From Cyanophora paradoxa CCMP329 (Eukaryota; Plantae; Glaucophyta): a stretch of DNA of 64,000 nucleotides. The notes below the pieces were generated by a model, which saw nothing but the letters and a program-made list of their open reading frames with translations, did no database searches and was not told where the DNA came from. Below, piece after piece: positions 52,160-64,000 of the stretch (within the stretch, counting starts at the first letter, position 1; each line of letters begins with the position of its first letter). The stretch covers positions 62,001 through 126,000 of the forward strand of contig QPMI01000224.1 of assembly GCA_004431415.1 (NCBI GenBank), given 5' to 3'. Both the position numbers and the translations under genes were made by a program.

Positions 52160-53689
52160 ATGCGGCGAGCGGCGCCGACAGCACCGGTAGAGGAGCCGCG
52201 GCCGGCCAAGGAGGAGCCCAAAGCCTCAAAGAAGCCCGGATCGGAAGCCTGGCGCCAGCAGCGCCTGTCGGGCCAGCGGCCGATCCTGTCGACTCGATGG
52301 CTGACGATCCTCTTCGCCGCCGTCGCCGCGCTCTTCATACCGCTCGGTGCATGAACCCGAAGGGGTGAGACCCTAGAACGAGCTCGGCGGAGCTGAGCGA
52401 GGATGCGCAGGCATCGCTGCGCTTGTTGCGTCCCGAAGCGTCGTCGAAATACGGAAGAACTACGTGCCAGAAGTGCGCATGCGCCATTTCCCGCGCCGAT
52501 GCGTCTCGAGCGTGCTTTTAAGCACTCGACCGCAGGTCTGCACAAGCGGCAGTAGCACGTGTGAGAGAGGACCCGAGCGCCGGCGCGCTCCAGCTGACGG
52601 GGACCCTCAGGTTCTGTGACGATTGAGGTGGAGCAGGACATTAAGGGCCCGCTGATGTTTTACTACGAGATCGAGAACTTCTATCAGGCGCGCGGGGCTG
52701 GCGCCGCCCCCGGCTTCGCTCAACAGCCGCGCAGAACTACCGGACGTTCGTGCGCAGCACGAGCGAGAAGCAGCTGAGCGGCAAGGAGGTCGCGCCGGAA
52801 GCCGTGCGCGCCTCCCTGGGCGCTGCCGGCGGGCGAGGCGGGCGGCTCACCTCGGGGGGCAGGACTGCGGGTCGTTGACGAACCTGGAGCAGCGGGCGCC
52901 GTACTACGTACCGGGGCTTAGCGCGCCGGTGACCTTCTCGGGGCAGTGCGGAGCGGATGGGACGGGATGCCTGAGCCCGTGCGGGATCATCGCGTGGAGC
53001 CAGTTCAACGACACGTTCGCCCTCTTCGACGCGGCGGGGGCGCCCGTCCCCTGGGACTCCTCCGGCGTCGCCGGCCCGTGGCTCAAGCGCAAGTTCAAGA
53101 ACCGCGCCGCCTGCGTGGACGCCTCGGGGGCCTTCACGCGGGACCCCGCTGGTGCGTGGGGCGTCGGCGGGGCCCCGCGCCGGCGGGGGCCGAGCGGGGC
53201 GGGGCGGGGCGGCAGTGATCGCGGCGCGCGGCTGCTTCGACGTCGAGGACGAGTCCTTCATCGTCTGGATGCAGACCTCCGCCCTCCCCTCCTTCCGCAA
53301 GGCCCGCCCGCCCGCCCCGCCCCGCCCCCGCCCCGCCCCGCTGAGGGCCGCGGGGGCGCAGCTGCACCGGGTGCTTCGGGACGGGCTGAAGGCGGGGACG
53401 TACCGGGTGGCGGTGGGGAACTGGTACCCCGTGGAGGCGTTCGGGGGCCGCAAGTCGCTCGTCTTCTCCACCGCCTCCTGGGTCGGCTCTCGCGGCGACT
53501 TCCTCGGTGCCCGCGCCCGCGCCCGCGTGCCCCGCCCCGGGGGCGACGGTGTGCGCAGGGATCGCGCTGATCGTCATGGGCTCCATCGCGGCGCTCTGCG
53601 CGCTCTTCATCGCCACCGCCCACCTCTGCCTCCCCGTCCGCAAGCCGGCCGACCCCGCCGCCATCAAGTGGGCCCCGCACGCCGACTAA
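52160..53689 (+). CDS. CDC50/LEM3/ALIS family flippase beta subunit, multi-exon
   Basis: QQRLSGQRPIL + TM1, YYEIENFYQ|NYRTFVRS, PCGIIAWSQFNDTF, FIVWMQTSALPSFRK|LH, YPVEAFGGRKSLVFSTASWVG + TM2. Confidence 0.95.
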
Positions 53690-53812
53690 CCCCCGGATCG
53701 AACCCTCGGGCCCACCCAGCGGGCAGAGGCTGTGTATACATACTCGTGCAATGAGCATTTGGACTCTGCCGCATGAGAGGGCAGAGGGCGCGGGAGCGGG
53801 GGCCGGGGCGGG

Positions 53813-55813
53813 TCAGGGGGCGGTCTCGGCGCGGTACTCGCCGGCCTTGGTCTGGCGGAGGACGTTGAGGGGCGCATCGCCGGCGAAGGCGCGCAGCTCG
53901 ACGCCGCTGAGGAGGGCGTCGCGGAGCACGAAGCTCGCCTTTACGGGCGGCACCGCCCCGCTCGCCGGCTCCGAGGCGAGCTCGAAGCGGGCGACGAGCT
54001 TGCCGGGGGCGGCCCCCGGGGCGAGGGGCGGGGCGCGGAGGAGGGCGGTGGCGCCGTCGATGGCGGCGGAGGCGGCGGGGGGCTCGGGGGCGAGGGCGCA
54101 GGAGGTGGCGGGGGCGGGGAGGGGGACGGTGAAGGCGAGGTCGGCGAGGGCGTGGGGGAAGCCCTTGGGGGGCGCGTACTGCAGCACGAGCTCTGCGGCG
54201 GGGCCCTCGACGCGCCACCCCACCATCAGGTAGAGCGGCACCGGCCGGTGCGCCGGCCCCACGCGGTACCGCAGCACGCTCCCCTTCCGGCTGCCCCCGG
54301 GGCCCGCCCCCGCCGCCCCCTCCCCGAAGAGCTCCCCGGGCGCCCCGCACTCCCACGCCGCCGCCAGGGGCGACCCCGGCCCGCCGCCCCGTCGCCGGGC
54401 ACCAGCCCCGGCGCGCACGAGACGAGCTCGGGGGCCGCCGCGGCCCCCGGTGCGAACGCCAGGCGGAGCGGGCCCGGCGCCTCGCCCGGCGGGACCTTGC
54501 TGAGGAGGCAGACCTGCGGCGCCGGCTGCGGTCAGCGCGGCGGGGCGGGGCGGGGGCGCGGGGACGGGGCGCGCCTCGCCGACGCAGAGGTACTTCTGCA
54601 CGACGCGGTTCTGCCCGAAGACGATGTGCACCAGCTCCTGCTGGGTCACCGCCAGAGCGCCCGCCGCCCCGCCGCCCCCGCGGCGGCGGAGACGCCCCAG
54701 CGGCGGCGGCGGCGGCGGTGCCGGGCGCGCTTGGGAGTGGCGCGGCGGAGGTTGGAGAAGTGGGGGCGGGTGCGGCGAGTGCTGGCGCGGGTGCGGGTGC
54801 GGGGTCGGGGATGGGCGTCGAGACGGTTTCCGGGGCAGGGGCGGGGACGGGGACGGGTGCTGGCGCATGCTCGGTGTCGATGGCGGGGGCGGCAGCTGAC
54901 GCTGCGGTGGGGGCAGCGGCCAGCGCCGGGGTGGGGGCAGGCGCCGGGGCGGGGGCAGGAGTGGGCGCTAGGGCGGCAGCGCCCAAAGCTGCCGCGGGCG
55001 GAGGCGGCATCGATCTTGAGGGGGGAAGCGGCGGGGGACTCTGGCGGGCGGGGAGGGGAGGGGCGGTCTGGGTGGGGGCCGGGGAGGCGGAGGAGGGGCC
55101 GGGGCCCGTGGAGGCGACGCGGGGGAGGGGCGGCGGGCCGGCTTGCGCGGGGAACGTCGCCGAGCGCGGCGGGAGCGGCGGCGGGGCGGAGATCGTCCTC
55201 GGCGACGGGCCGCGCGGCTCCTGTTTTTCCCTCGGGCTCCCCAGCGCCGCCTCCGATGGCACTGGCGGCGGCGCTGGCGCCGGCGCTGCGGGGGCGGGGG
55301 CTTGAGCCGGTGCGGCGGCCGTCCGCGGCGACGTCTGCAGGGGCGGCGCCGCGGACTCCACCGCCTCGGGTGCAGTGGTGGCTGGCTTTGCGGGAGGACT
55401 CGGCGCAGAAGCGAGCGCAGCCGGCACGGGCGAAGGCGCTTGCGGAGACGCGGCTCGGGGTTCCTGCGCGGGAGCCGGGGCCGATGCGACAGGCTGGGAA
55501 GCCGGCGCGCCCGTCGGCGTGGACGCGCTGCGGTCATGGTCGGTGGCTTGACGCGCAGTCGCCGCGGGCCGGCTCACCTCACGCGACGTTCGACCACAGG
55601 CTTGCCATTGACCGCTGCTTCGGCTTTCGAAGTCTCGGCCAGGGCCTCCTCGCGCGTAAGGATGGACGGAACGAGTAACTGCGGCTCCTCCTCGTACTGG
55701 CTTGTCCGGTACCTGTAATCGTTGTTGGGCGTGCCGGCTGGCGTGTGGAGCGCCCAGTCGGGGACTTTGAGCGCGAACGCTTGCAGCGCGGCGGTCCAGG
55801 CATCCGCTTCCAT
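53813..55813 (-). CDS. Proline-rich protein with C-terminal muniscin-type mu-homology domain (FCHo/SGIP/TML-like)
   Basis: LAVTQQELVHIVF...YLCVGE|V, VLRYRV...PVPLYLMVGWR and a terminal KAGEYRAE fit the muniscin MHD pattern, preceded by a long PA/PPPLP linker. There is one apparent frameshift near 54680 and the first intron is uncertain. Confidence 0.65.
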
Positions 55814-55934
55814 CGATCGCTCACGCGCACGTCTGTTTCCTAGACGCGTACCCCTCCAAGGCTAACCCCCCTAGGCGGAGGCGTGCCAGCGCGCTCCCTC
55901 TCAAGGGGCTGCCAGCACGCTCGCGATCTTAACC

Positions 55935-57648
55935 ATGTCGTCTTCGGCATCGGCCGCCCCGACGCCGCCAGAGAGGCAAATCATGTTCGCCGCCAGCGTC
56001 CTTCAGCTGGAGCGTCTCCCGCCGTTAGGGGCGCGTCCGGGCGGTCTCCGGCCTCACCAGAGCTCGGCCATGCCGTTAAAGTGCAGCTCTTTCATGGGCA
56101 AACGCATCCGGACGGCGCCCGAGTTCGCGGCTCGCGGCCACTTCGAGCCAGCCCGAGCGGAGACGAGCAGCGGCGGCGATCCTGCCGAGCCACATCATAC
56201 ACGCGTGGGCACTTTCGTGGGCACTGTGAGCAGACGGCAGGCCGCAGGGGCCCTCAGCACAACTCTTTTGGCCGGAGCCGCTGCGATGGCGTCGAGGGAG
56301 AACAGCGTCGCGCCCGCAGCGTCGGAGCTCGCCGGCATGATCTACGACACGACGGCCTCCTCGTTTCTTCCTCCGCGGCCCGCCTTCCTCCGCCGCTTCC
56401 GCGAGCGCGTCACGCGAGGCTCCATAATCGCTGTGGGAGAGACGCACTCGCACCTGACGCACCACAAGGTTCAACTTGAGCTCCTCAGGTAGAGACCGGG
56501 CACTCCTGTCGTTCTATCGTGGTTGTCTCTGACTAACGCGCGCAGGTCGGCGCACCAGTTCTCGCGCAACGTGGCTCTGGGCGGCGAGATGTTCCTATCC
56601 GAGCACCAGGTGCGAGGCTTGCCTCCCTCCCCGGCGTCGCCGGCCCCCGATCGCCCGGCAGCCCTTCCTGGACGCGTACGTCTCTGGCGCCATGTCCATG
56701 TCCGCCAGCTTCCCACCCCCGGCCCGGCGCCCCCGCGCCGCTGTCTGACCCGCGCGCCCCAGGCGCACCCTCGTCCGCAAGCTCCAGTGGAACAGCACCT
56801 GGGGCTATGATATAAAGCTCTACGCCCCCCTCCTGCGCTTCTGCAGGCTTCATCAGATCCCCATTGCGGGCCTCAACATATCCCCCGCCATCGCGTCGAA
56901 AGTGGGGAAGCTGTGCGCCCCACCGGGCCCCGGGCCCGGGCGGCTAGCGCTCGTGCCGCCCGGTCCCTGACGTGCGGCGCTGGCAGGGGCCTGGAGGGCC
57001 TGAGCGACGCGGAGCGCCGGCAGCTGCCCGAGCTCGACCTCGACAATGCCGAGCACCTCGCCGACTTTCTCAAAATCATGGCCTCCTCGGGGTTCGTGGG
57101 CGCCCACGGTGGCATCTCGATGGAGAAGCTCCGCTCCTACTACCACGTGAAGGTGCCTTGACGGGGGCTGCGGGGGCGCTGCGGGTGGGCCGAGCGCGGG
57201 GCGTGCAGGTGCTGTGGGACGAGCACATGGCGGAGAAGGCGTCCCGCTTCGCCATCGAGCGCGGCATCGTCGCCCGAGGGCCCGACGGCGCCTACGCCCC
57301 CGCCGGCACCTTCCTCCTCCTCTGCGGCTCCGCCCACGTCGAGAACCGCCGCGGCGTCCCCGACCGCATTAAGCGAAGAATCGGCATCGACGTGGGCCCT
57401 CACCCGCCCCGCCTCCCTTGCGCCGGCTTCGTCTGAGCGGGGCCGGCGGCCGGGCAGCCCTTCGTGGTGGTCCCGCGACAGGTGGAGTTCGACCGCTATG
57501 CCCAGCCCGTCATCGCCCAGCTCCCCGACAGATCCGAGGCCGATTGGATATGGTGCTTGCGCCCGCCCTGCACCCCGTCGCGCCTCCCCACACCTGCCAA
57601 CTCGCCCGCCTCTGCAGGTACGGGCCCCGCGAGATCGACCTGGTGTAG
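55935..57648 (+). CDS. ChaN / haem-binding uptake (Tiki/TraB superfamily) protein, probably plastid/thylakoid-targeted
   Basis: IAVGETH...HHKVQLELL, LGGEMF, WNSTWGYDIKLYAPLLRF, IAGLN, VLWDEHMA, GSAHV...GVPDRI, ADWIW. N-terminal MFAA (55983) and a VSRRQAAGAL hydrophobic segment. Confidence 0.85.
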
Positions 57649-58039
57649 ATGAAGACCTAATCCAGCTTTGCTTTCCTTCTTTTCCGCTTTCTGGTTTCTT
57701 TGCTACTGGCCATCGCCAGGCCATTATGTGTAAATTCTTGTATACTAGTACTTGTATCATCTCTTCCTTTACGTGTACGAGTAAAATTTGGCATGCATGT
57801 GCAGTAGCGGCGCGGGGCGGTGCATGGCGAGCCGGCGCCCGCGGCCGGGCGGGCCGGGGCGGCTGGCAGTGGGGTACCGCGTACGTATACTGCCGCACTT
57901 CCGGAGCCCGTCGACGTCAACGTCCCGTCCGTCGACGTCTGACCGACCGCATTGCGAGCTTATCCAGCAAACAGCCAAGCAGCCGCCTGGAAACCGTCCG
58001 GGCGCCCGCGCGCTCGCAGCTAAGCTGCCCGAGTAGCCG

Positions 58040-59834
58040 ATGGGCCGGCCCGTGTCGTCCGAGCCCGCAGGGGCGCGCCCAAAGGCGGCCGCCGCGCTTC
58101 AGCGGTACTTCGGGCCTCTCCTGGAGAAAGCGGGTGTTTCTCGCGCCACGCTTCCGTTCGCGCTCGCCGTCCTCGCGCTGGACCTGCTTCTTAACGTCGT
58201 CATCATCTACCGCGTGCCGTGTTCGTGGAGCGCGGCGCGGTCGAAGCGCGGACGGGGACGCTGACGCGCCAGCAGACACGGAGATCGACTGGGTCGCGTA
58301 CATGCAGCAGGTGGAGATGTACGTGGCGGGCGAGCGGAACTACACGCAGATCAGGGGCGACACGGGCCACCTGCCCTACCCAGCGGGGCACCTGTGGATC
58401 TACGTCGCGCTCTGGCGCCTCTCGGGCAACGGGGCGAACATACGGCTCATGCAGTTCCTCTTCGGCGGCCTGCACACCCTCGTCCTCGCCGTCGTTCTCG
58501 CCTGCTACATCAAGACCCGTGCGGTGCGTGGCGCCCGGCGCCGAGCTCCCCGCCGCTCCCCCGCCGACCCGTTCGGCAGGTCCCGGTGTGGGTGCTGGCG
58601 CTGCCGGCCCTCTCGCGGCGCATCCACTCGATCTTCGTGCTGCGGCTCTTCAACGACTGCTTCGCGGCGCTCTTCGCCTATGTCGCCCTCTACCTGCTCG
58701 CCTCCCGCCGCCCCACCGCCGCCTGCTTCTTCTTCAGGTGCCTGCTGCCCGCCACCGGCGCTGACCCACTTGGATCACGCCGACGGCGCCCCTGGGCCCC
58801 GCCGGCAGCGTCGGGATCTCGGTGAAGATGAACGTGCTTCTGTACGCCCCCGCGCTGCTGCTCCTGCTCGTTAAGGCGGACGGCCTCCTCCGCGCCATCC
58901 CGCCCCTCCTCCTCGGCGCCGCGTGGCAGGCGCGCACAGTGCGCGGCGCGCCTCTCCCGCCGCCGGCCGACGGGCCCCCCGCGCGCAGGTGGCGGTCGCG
59001 GGCCCGTTCCTGGCGACGTACCCGTGGGAGTACGCGTCGCGGGCGTTCAACTTCGGGCGGCAGTTCATCTACTACTGGTCGGTGAACTTCAAGATGGTTC
59101 CCGAGGAGCTCTTCCTGAGCCGCCCCTTCGCCGCGTCGCTCCTCGCCACGCACCTCGTCCTCATCCTCGGCTTCGCCCACTTCCGCTGGTGCCGGTGCGC
59201 CGCCCCTGCCCTCCCCGCCCCGCACCGCCCCGGCTAGCCCCGGACCCCGCCTCGCCCGCGCAGGCACGAGGGGGGCCTGCTGCGGGCGGTGCTGAACCTG
59301 CCGGCGGCGGCGGCGAGGAAGGGCGCCCGGGGGCGCTCCCTCGTCCAGACGGCCCTCGGGGCGAGGGGCGCCGCGCTCAACCCGGACCATATCCTCCCGC
59401 CGCCCCCGCGCGCCCCTCCCCTGCGATTGCGAGGCGCGCGCCCTGGGGCCGGAGCGAGCGGGCCTTGACCCGTGCGCGTCGCACATGTGGTGACCGTGAT
59501 GCTCGCGTGCAACCTGCTGGGAATTCTATGTGCCCGCACCCTCCACTACCAGTTCTACGTCTGGTACTTCCACGGCCTCCCCTTCCTCCTCTGGAAGTGC
59601 CCCTGGCCCTCTCCCCTGCGGTGCGCCCCTGCGCCCCCACGCCGGCCCGCCAGCGACGCCCTCCCGCTGGCGCCGGGCAGGCTCGTCGTGCTCGCGGCCG
59701 TGGAGGCGATGTGGAACATCTTCCCGAGCCGCGCCTGGCAGTCTGCCCTCCTCTTCTTCTGCCACACCCTCGTCGTCGTCGGCCTCTGGCTCGCCCCCAC
59801 CGAGGCCCCCCTCACGAAGAGCAAGGGCACTTGA
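58040..59834 (+). CDS. ALG3: Dol-P-Man:Man5GlcNAc2-PP-Dol alpha-1,3-mannosyltransferase
   Basis: RVPYTEIDWVAYMQQV, GDTGHLPYPAGH, SRRIHSIFVLRLFND, SVKMNVLL, YWSVNFKMVPE, CARTLHYQFYVWY, and C-terminal KSKGT (KxKxx). Confidence 0.96.
59389..59484 (+). other. U12-type (minor spliceosome) AT-AC intron in ALG3
   Basis: 5' ATATCCTC, branch CCTTGAC at 59463-59469, 3' GCAC. Removal restores LNPDH-VVTVMLACN; retention hits an in-frame TGA. Confidence 0.88.
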
Positions 59835-60066
59835 TTTATCAGACGAATACAGCGCATTGAATCACACTACTGCGGCGCGCGCGCACGCAGCCGTGTCTTG
59901 CCGATTGTCGCAGAACTCGCTGGCTGCCGATGGACACCAGTACGAACGCTGGAAACAGGGTCGAGCGCTGTGCACGCGATGGCATTGCGCTCGCCACTGG
60001 GCTGGTCGAGCTCCGCCAGGGGCACGTAGCCTCCAAGAAGAGAGAGAAGCCAAAGCAGGGCTCTCT

Positions 60067-60734
60067 TTATGCCTTCTCCTTGTCCTGCGACCATTGCTCG
60101 CGGCACTTCGTGCAGCTGCGCCCGCGGTGAGCGCAGCCGCGCAAGTGAGAGACCATATCAGCGCCGCACATGAAGTACAGGGTCATGGGCTCGTCAGGCC
60201 GACGGCCGGGCTTCTGGAAGAACACCACGGGGCTGGAGCCTCCGAACTGCGCGTCGACGCAATTCCGCGGGCAGGACACGTCGGTCGTTCTGGGAAGCGT
60301 TGGGTCCGAAACGAGGTCGTCGGAGATGTTTATCTTCGCGCTGTCCGGGGCGAGGGCAGGCCGTCAAAGAGGCGAGCGTGAGCTCTGGGATCGGCGCGGC
60401 GCCTACCCAGCGCGCTCGACAATCTCGTGCCTGTACACGCAGTGCTCGAGCTCCGCCGCCGCCTCCTTGTGGTCGCAAATCCTGCAGTAAAACTGAAGTT
60501 CCTTGGCGCCGTCCTCCTTGTTCTCCTGCGCCCGCACCACGTTAGACGGCTTAACCGAACATTGACGAGCCGCTCCGGACCTTCGGATAGAGCATGTTGT
60601 TGCTGCGCGTTCGACGCACGGCAAGCGGCGGCGGAGATCAGCCAGGCGTCGAGGCCGAGCGGCGAAAGTAGGACGCAAAAAAACGAGTCGCACCAGTTCC
60701 TGCAGAAGCGCATAGACACGAAAGACGCCGCCAT
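60067..60734 (-). CDS. RPB9: RNA polymerase II subunit RPB9, multi-exon
   Basis: MRFCRNC-NNMLYPK|E, YCRICDH, DLVSDPTLPRT, CPRNC, VVFFQ, MTLYFI-CTKCREQW (two zinc ribbons). Confidence 0.93.
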
Positions 60735-61204
60735 CGCGCCGCTGTCAGCTCGACTTTGCGCCAATTTTCAGATATCCCGCTTCAAGCGTTCAATGCAGGT
60801 GCAGATAGCTAGTTACGAGCGAGCGAGCTCGAGTTTGCGCGCCACCAGAGGCTGAGGTGACAGTACCCCCTGCAAGTCCGGATCCGGAGCAGCGCTCGAT
60901 CGGCTTCGAGATACTCTGAAGTAGATCATTTTCACGCTGGGGTTTTGCGCACGCTTGAGAGCTTGCGGTCTTGCTTGCAAACGCGCAGATAGCCCGTGGG
61001 TGCATGCCAAAAAACGTGGGTTCTTTTTGTACCTTGATCTGAGGCTAAACTCAACAAACTAGAAAACGCGTCACTCGTCACAACCTCTACCCCGCTCAGC
61101 CTGTCACGAAAAAGGGAATTAAAATAATTCCGCGCGGCGCGGAGGGGGGGACTTTTTGAACGTGCACCGGACCAAACCGCGCAGCTCGCATACGGCAGCC
61201 TTAG

Positions 61205-61762
<558 letters not shown>

Positions 61763-62285
61763 AGCCTCTGGTTCCTTCCTACGGTGTTTTCTAAACACCT
61801 CTTTCTCCTCTTCTACCCGAGAAGCGCGTGTCCTTCCTGGGCGCGCGCGTTCACCGGGGCTTGGGGACTGGGCAGCTTCGGGGAGCTACTCGTTAGCCGC
61901 GTTTCCACGGGCTATCTCTCCTGGTGTTCGTTTGTTCTTCCTGGGCGCGCGCTCGCGTTGCGATGCGGCTTCTCCTTTTGCAAGCCTTGGGGGCGGAAGC
62001 CCTCCTGGTAGAGCAGGCCCGCCCGCACGGGTCAGTCCGATTTCGAGCTTCGGTTTTTGATTTCGATCTCGTCGTCAGGTTGCCAATGATGTCCAGAATC
62101 CTGATGTCGTCGATCGCGTCTGAAATGCCACCTGCCTATTTCGGCCGGCCAGTCAACAGCGAGCGAACATGCCCATGATTTGTTTTGTGTGTCACGCGCT
62201 CGCATGCCCTGGAGGCTGCAGCGTTGCGAGCGCTAGCGCTAGCTATAGGGCAAGGGGCGACGTGGGCATGGGGCACATTCTCTCT

Positions 62286-64000
62286 TTACGAAAGCCCTCG
62301 CACAGGCACTGGGGGAACGGAAACGGGAATCGAAGTCCAAGAGCGATTATGTGCCAGGATGGATGATGATGAAGCCGTCCTGTCTCCTTTAAGAGCACGG
62401 GCAGCTCCTGCTGCTGCACCTGCAGCAGCTGCTGCTGAGCCCGCTCGCTCCGGGGCCGGAGGAGGAACTCCCCAGTGCCGGGACTCGCTGACAGATTTGA
62501 AACGTTCGTAAGCATCGGCCGGTGTGGACGCCCCGGCCGGATTTGTGCCAGAAGGGCCACCGGGCTGCGTTGGAGGGGCCGAGGCTGCTCTGCGTGATGC
62601 TCTTGAAGGACCTGGGGTAACTGCACCAGGACCCGCTGGGGCTGTGGCTGCTGTGCTTGCGGCAGACGCGGCACGGAACTGATTGACTTGTGGTGCCGCG
62701 AAATTAGAGTTCCTGCTGAGTGTTATGGTACATGGGAGGAGAATGCATGTACAAGCAGCAAACCAGATTGAAAGAAGGTTTTCGAACTCATTCGCGCCTA
62801 GCGCACTTGTCACCGGCTTCTCGAAGCCCTCGCTTCCTGGGGATGCGGATCGCACAGTTGTCAGCTGTTCAATCCTCTTTCTGTGGTGCTCAAGTCTCCG
62901 TTCTGCCTCAAGAGCTTTCCTCTTCCAGCTGTGCAATCGAGGTCATCAATTGGGATTGCATGCTGTGCAAAACAAACCGGACAACTTCTTGTTCACGTGA
63001 ATTGTATTCTTGTATCACTTTCTCCAAGCCTGCTCGTGTTCTCTCCAACTCTCCAGTAAGCATCTGATAGGAGAAGTAAGCAGCAATTTGGTAATGCATC
63101 CGACGGGAGCCGGGGACCGTTATGGCCTGTTCGGCTGCAGCAGATGACGATGCTTGTGCCGACAAAGTCCCTGTTGTTGTTCCAGAAGCAAGCTGAAGTT
63201 TCCTCTCTGCTTCAGCAAGCTTTCCTTTCAGCACTGCAGCTTTCCGTGTCTCCTCCATGGCAATCTTCTTCTCAATCTCAAGTTCAGATTTCTGGTAAAA
63301 AAATCAATATCAGAAAAGACGGGCACAGAAAAGCTTCGCACTATGCGGTTGTGGGCGTCCTTAAGCTGGTTGTAGCAGACGAGCACATGGTCTGTGGGCG
63401 CACTTGAGCAGATGATCAGCTCAAAACTAAATTGGAGGTACCAGCATGCTTCTCACTTGCATCCAACTTCTCCTGAAGCGCCCTAAAGAAGACAAAGAGA
63501 TGAGAAGCTGCTAACAGCCAACAAAGAGCGCATAGAGTTCAGCAGACCTGGCGGTCTCAACAGCAATTTTACTCTCCTCGCTCATGGATTTCCAGACTTG
63601 TTCTTGTGCGTCATTCATCGCCTCCTTCACACGCGCACGAAACTCCTGCACATCAAGTACGTATAGTACGTATGGCGTTCAGTGGTGCTCAATATGGACT
63701 GTGTGCCAGGGGAAAATACCTGCTCCAGGAGGTATCGATGCCTGGTCTGTTCGCCATCGCGCTCAGATATGTAATCGTCCAACCTCCTTTCGAGCTCTTG
63801 CCTAGCAGTCTGACCAAAGGATCAACAATGATTTAGAGCTCGCTGCAGAGTGTCGCAGCACCTCACTTGCACGCAGCTCCGCTCGGACCTTCTCCAGCTG
63901 GTCCTCATAGCCACGAAGAACCCGGCACTCCTCAATTAACCGGTCGTTCTCAAGCTCGAGCAATCGGATTCGGTGGGACTTCTCGGCTTCCAGCGTTGCC
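62286..64000 (-). CDS. Uncharacterised coiled-coil protein, 3' part (5' end outside window), multi-exon
   Basis: E/K/R/L-rich exons (EETRKAAVLKGKLAEAERKL, LERTRAGLEKVIQEY, KALEAERRLEHHRKRIEQL) separated by short GT-AG introns, with an Ala/Pro/Ser-rich tail. Confidence 0.6.

Noticed and set aside
54650-54720. Frame change between the Pro-rich linker and the mu-homology domain
   Set aside because: GC homopolymer context and an intact downstream domain point to an assembly indel rather than pseudogenisation.

Overview
Eukaryotic nuclear DNA with many short (~45-100 nt) spliceosomal introns. It is most likely a glaucophyte alga of the Cyanophora type, because the nuclear petC carries an MAF-type transit peptide. 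The first 43 kb is the 5'-truncated remainder of one giant + strand gene. It encodes about 115 IPT/TIG (Ig-like) domains in a strict A-B-C triad super-repeat with a possible 10-triad higher order, then CPxGxYC cysteine-rich repeats, a roughly 10-11-pass membrane module and a low-complexity tail, about 12,000 aa within this window alone. A palindrome-saturated spacer follows. The compact gene cluster after it contains eIF4A, two tandem intron-containing copies of a giant-virus-like PD-(D/E)xK endonuclease, an RbgA/MTG1 GTPase, petC, CDC50, a muniscin mu-homology-domain protein, a ChaN-family protein with a twin-arginine signal, ALG3 (with a U12-type AT-AC intron), RPB9, histone H3 and a partial coiled-coil gene. 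I saw no rRNA, tRNA or CRISPR array. Gene models were spliced by eye; domain counts and internal boundaries are approximate.
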